A stretch of DNA of 59,560 bases from Candidatus Yonathbacteria bacterium RIFCSPLOWO2_01_FULL_43_27 (GCA_001823545.1 MHUV01000007.1:115-59674), one strand, 5' to 3'; shown: positions 1-10,312, numbered from the stretch's first letter. Numbers and translations are program-made. The notes: generated by a model not told the origin, from the sequence alone.

Positions 1-1
1 A

Positions 2-133
2 GCTGTTGCTCTCTACGAACAGGGTTTTTCAACCCGGGCGGTTTCTCTGTTGCTAAAAAAATTGGGCATCAGGAAAAGCCACACATGGGTCGCCGAGCTT
101 ATTAGAGCTGAAGGGCAGGGGAGGCTCCCCTAA
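2..133 (+). CDS. 3' end of helix-turn-helix protein (truncated by window edge)
   Basis: Manual translation AVALYEQGFSTRAVSLLLKKLGIRKSHTWVAELIRAEGQGRLP*; LYxxGxSxRxV...SHTWV pattern typical of HTH domains. Confidence 0.55.
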   Translation, partial: AVALYEQGFSTRAVSLLLKKLGIRKSHTWVAELIRAEGQGRLP

Positions 134-340
134 TAGTTTATCCACTTACCCACTTTACAAAATTTTACAGACGGTCTATCGTATGGGTAAGGCTCCCACA
201 AAAAGCCCCAGCACATTGACAACAGAATAGGTGACACCAGGATCAAGATTGTTTTTGAGACTGATGCACTGCGAACTTAATTTTTTGATACGTTTGAGAG
301 AGGGAAGCCCGCAATTCGCGGGATTAAATAATATCCTCTA

Positions 341-368
341 ACGTCGCACAATATATCTTTTGCGACAT
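341..368. other. dif/Xer-like 11-6-11 recombination site
   Basis: ACGTCGCACAA-TATATC-TTTTGCGACAT; arms are 9/11 inverted and resemble the XerC arm GGTGCGCATAA. Confidence 0.4.
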
Positions 369-429
369 TGAGTACACAAATAAAGGGTTCCTTAGAAGAG
401 ACCCTTAAAGCTCCCCCAGAGGAATTCAC

Positions 430-612
430 TTAAAGGTATAAGTACCCTGTCCACGCGACAACAAAAATATTCCATACTTTTTGAAATCCTGGGTTCTCCA
501 TAATGTTTCCTACGATTGATCTGAGGTCTACATTAAAATAAATCAGCGCACCAAAAATAATTACCGCAAGAATTAAAATATTTGCACTTCCACGATTTGA
601 GTTCTTTTTCAT
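430..612 (-). CDS. small membrane protein with pilin-like N-terminus, possibly C-terminally truncated
   Basis: Basic N-terminus, G, then hydrophobic stretch; TGATATAAT -10 element 6 nt upstream of ATG. Confidence 0.6.
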   Translation of the reverse strand: MKKNSNRGSANILILAVIIFGALIYFNVDLRSIVGNIMENPGFQKVWNIFVVAWTGYLYL

Positions 613-625
613 AATTATATTATAT

Positions 626-667
626 CAAGTCCCGACCTTAACCCGAAATTCCCAAGGTCGGGACTTG
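626..667. repeat. 14-bp inverted repeat (REP-like/terminator)
   Basis: CAAGTCCCGACCTT-N14-AAGGTCGGGACTTG. Confidence 0.6.
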
Positions 668-677
668 TGGTGCGCTA

Positions 678-1952
678 TTACATATAATCCAGCAAGTCGA
701 GGTACGCGTTCATAGCAGCCATCGGCATTGTATACATACGACCACTGCATGCCTTACTAGGAAGTGTCTTTACCTCAACTCCATCGTTTGCATACACAGA
801 CACATGAAGGTGCGGGCCCGTAGAGTAGCCCGTATTTCCGCTATACCCAATGATAGTATCTGCACTCACGGTGTCCCCTTGCGCAACTTTAATTTGAGAG
901 AGATGACCAAATGTTGCCGCAAGTCCATTCTCGTATCGTATGAGCACCCACTTACCAAACGATGCGCCGGGACACGTTAGGTCAGTATTACCTGTCCCTG
1001 CGACAGTGCCCTTTGCCATCGCTTTGACCTGCGTACCAATACTTGCACGAAAATCTACACCATTATGCGTACCAGAAACATAGAGTCGCCCTGATGCGCT
1101 TGTTTTGCCAAATTTCTGCGTAATGTACACACTATCAAGCGGAGGTGAAAATATTTTTGAACCACGAGTAGGGATCGAGGACGGGTCAAGAATAAACTTG
1201 AGTGTAGATTCATAGTCACTCAATTCTTTTTCAAATGCATCTTTGAGTGCAATTTTTTCTTTGAGAAGTTTGTTGTAGTTTGACTCTTTATTATTCGTCT
1301 GCGCGAGAAGTGCCGCATTTTTCTTTTTAGTATCTTCCGCAATCTTTTTACGATCACTTAGTTCCTCCTTCAATACTAATAATTTATTTTTTTCCTTTTG
1401 TCGAATACCCTGCTTCTCCTCGAGCTCAATTTTAAGGTCTTTCAATATTTCAGTATTCAAACGCACGGTATTACTAAACTGTGTAATTGCTTCAAGATCG
1501 TCCCAGAGGCCTGAAAACGACTCTTTGGAAAGTGCGATTTCGGTTAGACTACGTTCGTCGCGCTCGTATACCTCACGTATTGCTTCATTAAGTGCTGCTT
1601 CATGGGTCGCAATCTCATCTTCTTTAAATGAAATATTACTGCTTAATTCTCGAATCTTAAGATCAGTACTATCTACCTTGGTTGAAGTAACACGGATTTC
1701 CGCATCAAGTTTTTTACGCGTGGTATCCAGTTCTGCAATAAGTGTTTTAAGAGATTTTTTGAGTGTCGTAATTTTTTCAAGATCATTCTTATACTGAATA
1801 ATCTCTTGTTCTATCTCTTTAATCTTATTTTCTGTTTCAGAAATTTTTACTCGCAATTCACCTTCTGTCTGTGCATACAAAAGAGAATGCGCACTTAAAG
1901 AAAGTGTTCCGATGACAAGAAACAAAAATAATTTAAAAAAGAATGTTCGCAT
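678..1952 (-). CDS. M23 family peptidase with N-terminal coiled coil (EnvC/CwlO-like cell-wall hydrolase)
   Basis: Signal peptide MRTFFFK..., long coiled coil, HNGVDF (HxxxD) and GYSTGPHLH (HxH) motifs. Confidence 0.9.
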   Translation of the reverse strand: MRTFFFKLFLFLVIGTLSLSAHSLLYAQTEGELRVKISETENKIKEIEQEIIQYKNDLEKITTLKKSLKTLIAELDTTRKKLDAEIRVTSTKVDSTDLKIRELSSNISFKEDEIATHEAALNEAIREVYERDERSLTEIALSKESFSGLWDDLEAITQFSNTVRLNTEILKDLKIELEEKQGIRQKEKNKLLVLKEELSDRKKIAEDTKKKNAALLAQTNNKESNYNKLLKEKIALKDAFEKELSDYESTLKFILDPSSIPTRGSKIFSPPLDSVYITQKFGKTSASGRLYVSGTHNGVDFRASIGTQVKAMAKGTVAGTGNTDLTCPGASFGKWVLIRYENGLAATFGHLSQIKVAQGDTVSADTIIGYSGNTGYSTGPHLHVSVYANDGVEVKTLPSKACSGRMYTMPMAAMNAYLDLLDYM

Positions 1953-1956
1953 AATG

Positions 1957-3312
1957 CTATGACAATGGTGCCAAAAGTAATTGTCGTGCGAGCTCGATAC
2001 GCTGAAGCGTGACTTCTTTGCCAAAAACTCCAGACAACGTAAATGGGTCTGGCGACTTGTCACGTCCCGAAAGCGCATACCGCATTGGCCACAACACATT
2101 TCCCTTCCCTACCTCGCTCGCATATCCCCAAAGGGCATCCTTGGTTGTCTCGGCAGTAAAATTATCAGAAGGAATTTTTTGTAATATTTCTATGACTTTG
2201 TCAAGCTTTTGTCGCGTATGTTCTGCATCTTTGTCGTCTTTCCAGAAAAGTTCTTCTCGTGAATAGGTAGGGTGCTCAAAATAGTATGCCACCTCTCCCC
2301 TCTCTGCAAGCGTAACAATTTCTCCAAAATGCGTGATGTGGTCAACAAGGAGCGGTACAATGAGTAAAAGTTTCTCGCGTGTATAGTGTGGGAGGGTCGT
2401 AATAAACGACGGCATAAATCGTTCAACGTACGCACACTGCTCTTCAATAGTAAGTCGTTTAATATGCTCTTTGTTAATCCAGTTTAATTTTTCAATATTG
2501 AAGAACCCTGCACTTTTTTGTACACGTTCAAGGTCGAACAATTGCATGAGTTCTTCTTTGGTAAAAATTTCCTGCTCAGTGCCGGGATTCCATCCCACCA
2601 AAGAAAGGAAGTTGAGGATCGCTTCGGGGAGATACCCTTGATCGCGATAGTATGTGAGTGGTTGCGCTCCACGACGTTTGGAAAGCTTTGATCGTTTTTC
2701 ATCAACAACCAACGGCAGGTGTGCATACTGAGGCACAGAGAACCCGAGGGCGTTATACAACAATATCTGACGTGGCGTATTTGAAATATGGTCTTCTCCT
2801 CGGATAATGTGCGTTACGCCCATTGATGCGTCATCAACAACAACCGCAAGGTGAAAGAGAGGCTCATCAATACGTTTTGCAATAACAAAATCACCCAAAT
2901 CAGTAGTATCAGTACTTATATCACCACGAATGATATCGTGGAATGTCACGCGTTGATTGGGATTTTTAAATCGCACGAGTTCACGTATCTGACCTGAGCC
3001 ATCCTTTGCCTCTTCGCGTGAAATGTACGCATTACCTGTATCAATGAGCTTCTGGAGTGCCTTCGTGTGTCCTGCCACGAGATCACTCTGTCGGTACTGT
3101 GCATCATACTCTAACCCTAACCACGCAAGAGAATCCATAATATTATCTTCGTACTCCTTTTTTGAACGTTCACGATCCGTGTCTTCGATACGTACAATAA
3201 ATCTTCCTTTATTTTTTCGTGCAAACAAATACGAAAAAACCGCGGTGCGATAATTCCCTCCGTGAAGAAATCCTGTGGGGCTTGGGGCAAAACGTGTGAC
3301 GATAGTAGACAT
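1957..3312 (-). CDS. gltX: glutamate--tRNA ligase
   Basis: RFAPSPTGFLHGGN, RIEDTD, IRGEDHISNT, KLSKR motifs. Confidence 0.97.
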   Translation of the reverse strand: MSTIVTRFAPSPTGFLHGGNYRTAVFSYLFARKNKGRFIVRIEDTDRERSKKEYEDNIMDSLAWLGLEYDAQYRQSDLVAGHTKALQKLIDTGNAYISREEAKDGSGQIRELVRFKNPNQRVTFHDIIRGDISTDTTDLGDFVIAKRIDEPLFHLAVVVDDASMGVTHIIRGEDHISNTPRQILLYNALGFSVPQYAHLPLVVDEKRSKLSKRRGAQPLTYYRDQGYLPEAILNFLSLVGWNPGTEQEIFTKEELMQLFDLERVQKSAGFFNIEKLNWINKEHIKRLTIEEQCAYVERFMPSFITTLPHYTREKLLLIVPLLVDHITHFGEIVTLAERGEVAYYFEHPTYSREELFWKDDKDAEHTRQKLDKVIEILQKIPSDNFTAETTKDALWGYASEVGKGNVLWPMRYALSGRDKSPDPFTLSGVFGKEVTLQRIELARQLLLAPLS

Positions 3313-3316
3313 AATA

Positions 3317-4450
3317 TTATGGTAATGTTTGATGACGCATAAGCACCATGGTAATTTGCTCGGCAATTTTTTCTGCTGCATCCGTGCGGGTAAACTTTTT
3401 CGCAGATTCTTTCATTTCATCACGGCGTACAGTATCGCCCATCAAGCGTTCGATCTCCGCCATTAGTATATTTGGGGTAAGGTTTGCTTCCTCGATGACA
3501 TTGGCACCACCTGCACGAGCATACGCAAATGCATTCTTGCGCTGATGATCAGCGTTCGAATTAGTTATGGGAATAAGAATCGCTGGTACGCCCCATGCAG
3601 CAATTTCAAAAATTGCAGACCCTGCACGAGAAATCACGATAGTCGATATTTCCGAAGCAAGCTTTAAAGAAAGTGCATCGAGGTACCCATACACGTGATA
3701 TCGTGACGCACCTGGGTTGCCAGCAAGAAGTCCATTTACTAAATTCTGCACTTCAACAGCGTTTGCTTCTCCGGCTTGATGAATGACTTGGTATTTTTCT
3801 ACCAGCCGTGGCGAAAGGGATACGATATTATTGTTAATTTTTTGAGCACCCTGAGAGCCTCCTAAAATCAAAATTACAGGAATATTAGGATCAAGTCCTA
3901 ACTCTTTAAAACCATCCTTTCCTGTAGGGCGAATCACTTCCTCGCGAATTGGGTTTCCCGTAAGTGCCGTACGTCCTTCGGGAAAAGATGAGGCAGTTTC
4001 TGGATATGAAATTGCAACTTTTTGTGCAAATTTTCCTGCCCATGCATTTACACGGCCGGGTGCGCTATCGGACTCATGAATAATAACAGGGATTCTAAAA
4101 AATCGTGCTGCCACGAGTGCGGGGAAACTTGCATATCCCCCTTTACTAAAAACAACATCGGGATACAACGAAAACATTTTAAAAAATGCTTTGATAACAC
4201 CACCCGCCATAATAAAAATATCAGTAATATTTTTGAATGAGAAATATGTTCGCAATTTTCCCGCAGATACGGGCAAGAACGTTATCTTGTTGTTATACAA
4301 GAGACGCTCGTTATACGGCTCAGTAGACATATAAAAAAGCTCCACGCGGGCAATTTTTTCGCGCTCAAGAAATGCATTCAATTTTTGCGCAACAGCAATT
4401 ATCGGATAAAAATGTCCGCCACTGCCACCACCGGTAAAGAGGACTTTCAT
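3317..4450 (-). CDS. murG: lipid II GlcNAc transferase MurG
   Basis: TGGGSGGHFYP, KGGYASFP, HESD, GNPIR, GGSQGA, HQRKNA motifs. Confidence 0.96.
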   Translation of the reverse strand: MKVLFTGGGSGGHFYPIIAVAQKLNAFLEREKIARVELFYMSTEPYNERLLYNNKITFLPVSAGKLRTYFSFKNITDIFIMAGGVIKAFFKMFSLYPDVVFSKGGYASFPALVAARFFRIPVIIHESDSAPGRVNAWAGKFAQKVAISYPETASSFPEGRTALTGNPIREEVIRPTGKDGFKELGLDPNIPVILILGGSQGAQKINNNIVSLSPRLVEKYQVIHQAGEANAVEVQNLVNGLLAGNPGASRYHVYGYLDALSLKLASEISTIVISRAGSAIFEIAAWGVPAILIPITNSNADHQRKNAFAYARAGGANVIEEANLTPNILMAEIERLMGDTVRRDEMKESAKKFTRTDAAEKIAEQITMVLMRHQTLP

Positions 4451-5556
4451 TTTTGTTGAGAAGTTTTAGAAATATTAAGCAGGAGGCCTATTTCAAGAAA
4501 CGCAAACAGGAGTGCCGTTCCCCCATGACTCATAAACACCAGAGGCACTCCTGTTAGAGGAATGAGCCCGAGCATTGACGCAACATTTGCAAATGATTGC
4601 GATACAATCAGTATAACAATTCCAACTGCTAAAAGTCCACTGAACATATCAGGGGTTCGATATGCAACTTGAATACCTCGTACACCAAACAAAAGAAAGA
4701 GTAGAATGATGAGCGAACCCCCTACAAAACCGAATTCCTCCCCTGCAACCGCAAAAATTGAATCTCCCGTAGGCTCAGGAAGTGAACCAAATTTCTGAAT
4801 ACTTTGCCCAAATCCACGACCCGAAAGCCCCCCAGACCCGATAGCGATAAGTGACTTTTGAATTTGATAACTCGCCCCCTGAGGATCACGTGAGGGGTCC
4901 AAAAATGTGAGAACGCGTTCACGAACATACGGCTTCACAAGTGCAAGCGTTCCCACCGCAAGAACTGAAATAATAATGAGGAAAAAGAAATATCGAATTT
5001 TTGTTCCTGAAGCCAAGAGCATTGCGCAAAGCGCCGCAAAAAGCACAGCAAGAGTCCCCGTATCCGGCTCACACAACAAAATGATTGCGGGAACTGCAAT
5101 AACTATTCCCGTTAAACCAAGGGCGTACTTCACCGTACGAATACGATCCTTAAAAAGTGGTAGGAGTGCCGCAAAATAGATTATCGCACCAAGTTTCAGT
5201 GCTTCGGAAGGCTGGAATGAGGTGGTACCAAAAATAGAGATCCAGCGTTTAGCACCACCATGTTCAAATCCTACGCCAGGAACAAACACGAGGAGCGTCA
5301 AAAAAATAGAGATTATGAAAATATGAATGGCGTATTTACGAACAAGTTTGAGAGGGGTATAGAGCGCTCCCACGAGCACCACACAACCCAACATCAAACC
5401 GAGCACTACCTGATCAAACAAAAGATTAGTGAGAGAAAATCCCTTACGCGCAAAAAGTCCAAATGACGCCGATGTAAAAATAAAAAATCCGCCAAGCGCG
5501 AGGATCGCAACAAGAACGAGGAGCACAATATCAATTTTTGAATTTTTTTTCGTCAT
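4447..5556 (-). CDS. ftsW: SEDS family peptidoglycan polymerase FtsW
   Basis: Multi-TM; GAKRWI, FQPSE, PDTG, YQI..S, LPE..DSIFA, PLTGVPLVFMSHGGT; overlaps murG start. Confidence 0.9.
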   Translation of the reverse strand: MTKKNSKIDIVLLVLVAILALGGFFIFTSASFGLFARKGFSLTNLLFDQVVLGLMLGCVVLVGALYTPLKLVRKYAIHIFIISIFLTLLVFVPGVGFEHGGAKRWISIFGTTSFQPSEALKLGAIIYFAALLPLFKDRIRTVKYALGLTGIVIAVPAIILLCEPDTGTLAVLFAALCAMLLASGTKIRYFFFLIIISVLAVGTLALVKPYVRERVLTFLDPSRDPQGASYQIQKSLIAIGSGGLSGRGFGQSIQKFGSLPEPTGDSIFAVAGEEFGFVGGSLIILLFLLFGVRGIQVAYRTPDMFSGLLAVGIVILIVSQSFANVASMLGLIPLTGVPLVFMSHGGTALLFAFLEIGLLLNISKTSQQK

Positions 5557-6530
5557 TAATTATTTAGCCCAATTACCGTTTTTGCTATCTTTCCCATGTC
5601 CTCAAAGCGTCCTTTTTGTGTAGAGCCAAGCACGACCGCAACAACAGGATGCCCAATACTTATATCAAAAATCACTACTAAATTACCCCCTGCAAGATCA
5701 GTATATCCTGTTTTAGACGCCATCAACCCTGGAATACGGCCTGTGATTTCGTTGGTATTGATAAGGCTATGAGTAATTTCGCTTTGTGACACCATGCGCA
5801 CATCCTTATGTGCGGTTATTTCGAAAACATCTGGATATTTTTTCCACAATACAGAAGCAAGTTGCGCGACATCGCGTGCTGACCCGAATCCACCCGCGCG
5901 TCGCACGAGCACCGATTCATTCTCAGTTTCTTTAATATCCAATCCTGATTCATTAGAAAACTCAAGAGAAACGAGGCCAAGCTTTTCAGCCTCATCATTC
6001 ATCATTTGAATAAACCGTGCACGCGCAATAGAAGGTTCAATACTATCTTGCCCACCGCTTCCCACAAGACGTGAGACGGCCGTAGCAGCATCATTCGAAG
6101 AAACAAGGAGCATCATTTGTAAAAGATCACCCAAACGCCAGCGCTCGTCAACAAGAAGACCAGAATCCCCCTCTGTTAAAAGATCATCGCCCGAAATCAC
6201 CACGACCGTACTTTCGTTCATATAATCTCGCGCCGTAAGTGCGGTCATAAGTTTTGTAATAGACGCGAGGGGAAGTCGCTCGTCTTCATTTTTAGCAAAC
6301 AAAATATGATTTTCAAGGAGATCGTATACATACACCGCATGCGCACCAAAAACAATATCTTTAAATTGATTTACTAACAATTTATCCTCTTCTAAAGGAA
6401 TAGAGGACTCCTCTACCGATACCCCCGCTTGTGCAACATAAACGACTGAGAGCAATTGATGCAACCCTATGGTGAACGCCATCATGCCCCCAAGCACCAA
6501 CAAAAGTTTATTGTGCTTCACTATCGGCAT
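5556..6530 (-). CDS. D-alanyl-D-alanine carboxypeptidase (peptidase S11)
   Basis: ASITKLMTA (SxxK), SSND (SxN), KTGYT motifs; N-terminal TM; start uncertain. Confidence 0.9.
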   Translation of the reverse strand: MPIVKHNKLLLVLGGMMAFTIGLHQLLSVVYVAQAGVSVEESSIPLEEDKLLVNQFKDIVFGAHAVYVYDLLENHILFAKNEDERLPLASITKLMTALTARDYMNESTVVVISGDDLLTEGDSGLLVDERWRLGDLLQMMLLVSSNDAATAVSRLVGSGGQDSIEPSIARARFIQMMNDEAEKLGLVSLEFSNESGLDIKETENESVLVRRAGGFGSARDVAQLASVLWKKYPDVFEITAHKDVRMVSQSEITHSLINTNEITGRIPGLMASKTGYTDLAGGNLVVIFDISIGHPVVAVVLGSTQKGRFEDMGKIAKTVIGLNN

Positions 6531-7122
6531 CGTCAATTTGGTCAGGTTCTTCTTCATAGGTTTCTGTTTGTTTTTTATCTTCTTCTTTGAACGCATCGAT
6601 CGTCGTATGCACATCTTCATATCCGGGTAATTCTTTTACGTTGCGTACACCCATATATGAAAGAAGTTCAAATGTGGGACGATAGACGGTACTGCGCGAC
6701 CCTCCCTCCTTACCTGCCTCTTCAACTTTTTCTATAAGCCCCCGCACAAGGAGTGCACGGAGAATATGATTCGAATTTACTCCTCGAATATAATTTATTT
6801 CGCTTCGCGCAATAGGCCCACGATACAAAACAATAGATAATGTTTCTAATCCTGCTCTTCCAAGGTCTTTGTTTAATTCATCCTTGACGAGCGCCTCGAT
6901 CATCTGCCCCATCTCTGGCGCGGTACCAAGCGTTACTTCATCCTCGATTTGCACCAACACAATTCCACGCCCTTGCAGTGTGCGTTCGAGAGAAGTAAGC
7001 GCTTCGCGTGCCGCCTCCTCGGAAACCTTGAGCGTTTCAGCTAAAAAACGTACCGATACAGGCTCTCCTTTATAGAAAAGTAATGCTTCTATGCGCGATG
7101 AAATATCTGACGTATCATCCAT
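6508..7122 (-). CDS. scpB: SMC-Scp complex subunit ScpB
   Basis: IEALLF..GEPV, LETLSIVLYRGPI.RSEI..IRGVNS. Confidence 0.95.
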   Translation of the reverse strand: MDDTSDISSRIEALLFYKGEPVSVRFLAETLKVSEEAAREALTSLERTLQGRGIVLVQIEDEVTLGTAPEMGQMIEALVKDELNKDLGRAGLETLSIVLYRGPIARSEINYIRGVNSNHILRALLVRGLIEKVEEAGKEGGSRSTVYRPTFELLSYMGVRNVKELPGYEDVHTTIDAFKEEDKKQTETYEEEPDQIDDADSEAQ

Positions 7123-7197
7123 TTTTTCATTTTATCACAACTGACACTATCTTTCTACGGTAAATGACAGATTATTATTGGCGTGATATTACAAGGA

Positions 7198-7566
7198 TTA
7201 TTCACCGTTGCTATCAGGAATTATATTATTACGAAGAACATCAGGATCACCAGAGTCAGGGAGATCAGATTCAGGATAGAACTCCCCGAGTTCGCGATCA
7301 CGGTCAACAAATTCAAAATCAGGAATTTTCCCCCGTGGTGCGCTGTCGTCATACTCAAGCGCAAGCTGTTCATTTTCCATTCGTTCAAAAAATTCCTCCC
7401 ACTCTATCTCCTCCATCTCCGGTAAAAGTGGACCAAACGCGACGTGAATCATTTCAGTTGATTCTTTTCCATTTTCTTCAACACCCTTCACAAGTACCGG
7501 CACACCACCATACTCTTCTATCCATGATCTAATTTTTTCCTCACTTGTTGTGTATTTTATTGCCAT
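7198..7566 (-). CDS. acidic conserved hypothetical protein
   Basis: 122 aa; TT..E.IR.W.EE.GG.P and EEIEWEEFFE pattern; in operon context. Confidence 0.75.
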   Translation of the reverse strand: MAIKYTTSEEKIRSWIEEYGGVPVLVKGVEENGKESTEMIHVAFGPLLPEMEEIEWEEFFERMENEQLALEYDDSAPRGKIPDFEFVDRDRELGEFYPESDLPDSGDPDVLRNNIIPDSNGE

Positions 7567-7576
7567 ATATTATGTA

Positions 7577-8104
7577 TTATTTTTTACGTAGTACTTCTAT
7601 AATTTTTTTACCAAAATCACGTGCGGCCGCTGGACCATGTGCGGTCACCACTACCCCATCCATCACGACCGATTCTTCTACTCGAATAACACCATAGGTA
7701 TCAAAAACACGTTGAAGCTCTCCGTCACCATCCCATCCTGTCGCGTGAACATTTTTCAAAACTCCCGCCTTTGCCAAAATGCGCGGTGCAATACAAATTG
7801 CACCATACGGATAATTTTCAGTCTGGTGCGCTTCCATGAAAATACGCGCGGTTTCGGTAGTATCTAAATATTCTAACGCCCCAGGACCACCAATAGCAAA
7901 CACGCCATCATAATCAGTGACGCGCACATCCGAAAGAGCGAGGTCGGGCATTACCTCGTCACCCATATGAGAATATGCCATTTCATGAAGAGGGGCAGTC
8001 GTAACAACGTGAATTCCTTCATTTTGCAATACGTCTTTCGTGTCAAAATATTCTTTTGACTGAAATCCTTTTTGCGCAATAATGAGGAGTACCTTGTTCT
8101 GCAT
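7577..8104 (-). CDS. DJ-1/PfpI family protein
   Basis: YDGVFAIGGPG, GAICIAP (nucleophile Cys), VVTAHGP. Confidence 0.92.
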   Translation of the reverse strand: MQNKVLLIIAQKGFQSKEYFDTKDVLQNEGIHVVTTAPLHEMAYSHMGDEVMPDLALSDVRVTDYDGVFAIGGPGALEYLDTTETARIFMEAHQTENYPYGAICIAPRILAKAGVLKNVHATGWDGDGELQRVFDTYGVIRVEESVVMDGVVVTAHGPAAARDFGKKIIEVLRKK

Positions 8105-8114
8105 ATGTTGTTAT

Positions 8115-8855
8115 TTATGAATTAAACTCTCCATATTTGGGTGTTTCTAAGATCCCTGTCTCCATATGAATATCATCACCGTGTGCATGTTGGGTCACCG
8201 CAAGGACACCTTGCTTCACGAGCTCAAGCATCGCAAGGAAACTTACAATGACATTAACTTTTTCTGCCTTCCCTACTCCGGCAAATTCACGAAAACTCAT
8301 TTTCAAATTAGAGGTAATGCGATCCGTAAGGCGAGACATCATTTCGTCAAGAGAAATAACTTTCCTTACCATTACCTTTGGAAGCGAAACTTTTTTAGGA
8401 AAACGCGCAATCACATCACGTATTGAGGAAAAAATGCTTGACGTAGTGATTTCCTCACTTGGTACGAACAGTGCCTCACGCAAGCGAGTCTGCCCCTTAG
8501 GAAACAGCATATTGAAACCAAAGAGTTTCTTCACGTGAAGCGAAAGCTCACGAATGCGCTGATACTCCTTCAGGCGTGCTTCGAGCTCCGCAATGTCTTG
8601 TGTTTCTTCGGGGGTAAGACTGAGCGTTGGGAGGAGTGATTTTGATTTTATGAGAATGAGCGTAGACGCCACCATGAGAAAGTTTGACACAAAATCTACG
8701 GGAAACTTTTCAAAACTTTTTAAATGCGCAACATAATCATCCGCAATCTGCGCAAGCGAAATCTCATTGATAAAGAGCTTACGCTTTTCAATAAGGTCGA
8801 GTAATAATTCGAGCGGCCCTTCAAATACTTTGGTTTTAATTTGGTAATCGGTCAT
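8115..8855 (-). CDS. scpA: segregation and condensation protein ScpA
   Basis: FEGPLELLLDLI, IKSKSLLP, VSFLAMLELVK. Confidence 0.95.
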   Translation of the reverse strand: MTDYQIKTKVFEGPLELLLDLIEKRKLFINEISLAQIADDYVAHLKSFEKFPVDFVSNFLMVASTLILIKSKSLLPTLSLTPEETQDIAELEARLKEYQRIRELSLHVKKLFGFNMLFPKGQTRLREALFVPSEEITTSSIFSSIRDVIARFPKKVSLPKVMVRKVISLDEMMSRLTDRITSNLKMSFREFAGVGKAEKVNVIVSFLAMLELVKQGVLAVTQHAHGDDIHMETGILETPKYGEFNS

Positions 8856-8894
8856 CCATTTCATTTTACCACACCAATACACTAAACAAAGATA

Positions 8895-9500
8895 TCAATT
8901 AATACCCTCCCGAAGTTTCTTTGTATATTTCTCCCCGCAATCATCTTCCAATTCTCCGAGAACTAGTTGGATTGATTTGTATTGCCCTGTCGGCAATAAT
9001 GAAACATATTTATATTTTTTATATAGTGGTTTATAAAACCTCCTTAGTAAAAAGTGGAGTCCTTTATGCATTCCAGATAATATAAGGTCGCGTTTTTCAT
9101 TTCTAATTTTGTTTAGAGCAAAGCTATTTTCTGGGCATCTAATATGAACAGTAAGAGGCCCTAATTCATTTCTAAACATTCGTACTGCTGACTGACGGAT
9201 ATTCCCGTTGTCGTGTTGTATCAGATAAAACAACCAAGGAAAAAGGAAATCTTGCTCGTTTTCTTTATCGTGCAAGAAATATATTACCGATACCGCCATT
9301 ACAAAATTCTCCTGTCGCCACCCTTCTTTTATATTCCTATATACCTCGTCCGCATTATTAACAATTTTTTTAATCTCAATATATTGCTCTTTTTCGCTTT
9401 TTGAACTATACAAAAGCTTGCGAACCCCTCTCGCCGCTTTACGACTAGATTGCTGATCTCCTTCTAATATTATTCTAAATAGATCATTAAATGATTGCAT
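8895..9500 (-). CDS. hypothetical protein, helical (HEAT-like segment)
   Basis: Long ORF, AT-rich; LIQHDNGNIRQSAVRM resembles a HEAT repeat; start uncertain (9500 or 9659). Confidence 0.6.
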   Translation of the reverse strand: MQSFNDLFRIILEGDQQSSRKAARGVRKLLYSSKSEKEQYIEIKKIVNNADEVYRNIKEGWRQENFVMAVSVIYFLHDKENEQDFLFPWLFYLIQHDNGNIRQSAVRMFRNELGPLTVHIRCPENSFALNKIRNEKRDLILSGMHKGLHFLLRRFYKPLYKKYKYVSLLPTGQYKSIQLVLGELEDDCGEKYTKKLREGIN

Positions 9501-9670
9501 AATTGTGATTGATGTCAAAATCGGCGGAAAAACGCTACGAGAAAAAGTCCCCTCTTTTTTCCTTTGAGTGATGAACGGCTCAAATACTGTCAGTTCCACA
9601 GGTGTTACCACAGTATCTGATTGCGCTATTTGGTGCGTCGGCGCTTGTTGTCGCTTCATCTTGCATATGG

Positions 9671-10312
9671 TTATGTATTACCTGACCCTATTTTTTCTCG
9701 TTTTGGTAGCTTAATATGGATTCTTAATATTGAGGTTATCCGACCTATTCTATTTAAAAAAAGGATTGCTGGCTTAGATAATACAGGAAACCAAGTTATA
9801 AAGAAATAATGGATAGCATCTCCAACTGTAAAATTATATTCTAATAATGGTTCGAATCTAATAAACAACATCCCGCCTGTTCTGTTATAACAAATAAACT
9901 TTAGCTGACGAAATCCATCTGAACCGATGCTTGCCGTAAGACTCCATATTCTTCGCGTAACATCACTAGATATTTTAACATCGTGACCCACTCCTTCATC
10001 AAATGGGAAATTAGGGATTAACCATCCATTTTGATCTTCAACTCTAAACATAATCCACCCAAGTTTGTTTTCATCTGTTGGATAACAAGTAATTCTTATT
10101 GATTTGATACGGTAGTGACGTTGCCTATCGAATGTAGTGCTAGATATGAATGGAGCTTCTCCTTCAACATACGGGCGTACAGATGTCTCGCTCCAAGAGT
10201 TTATGGTTGTTGTTCGTTTTATTGTTCGATTCCAACCAGCTATAGCCACCATCAAACCTATCACAGCTAAAAGTAGTTCGATAGATGATATAGGAGGCGG
10301 GTCAGGTATCAT
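9671..10312 (-). CDS. hypothetical membrane-anchored protein
   Basis: 213-aa ORF with N-terminal TM; AT-rich; no recognised motif. Confidence 0.55.
   Translation of the reverse strand: MIPDPPPISSIELLLAVIGLMVAIAGWNRTIKRTTTINSWSETSVRPYVEGEAPFISSTTFDRQRHYRIKSIRITCYPTDENKLGWIMFRVEDQNGWLIPNFPFDEGVGHDVKISSDVTRRIWSLTASIGSDGFRQLKFICYNRTGGMLFIRFEPLLEYNFTVGDAIHYFFITWFPVLSKPAILFLNRIGRITSILRIHIKLPKREKIGSGNT

Noticed and set aside
9500-9670. Integron attC site
   Set aside because: No matching RYYYAAC/GTTRRRY pair with correct internal symmetry; no integrase
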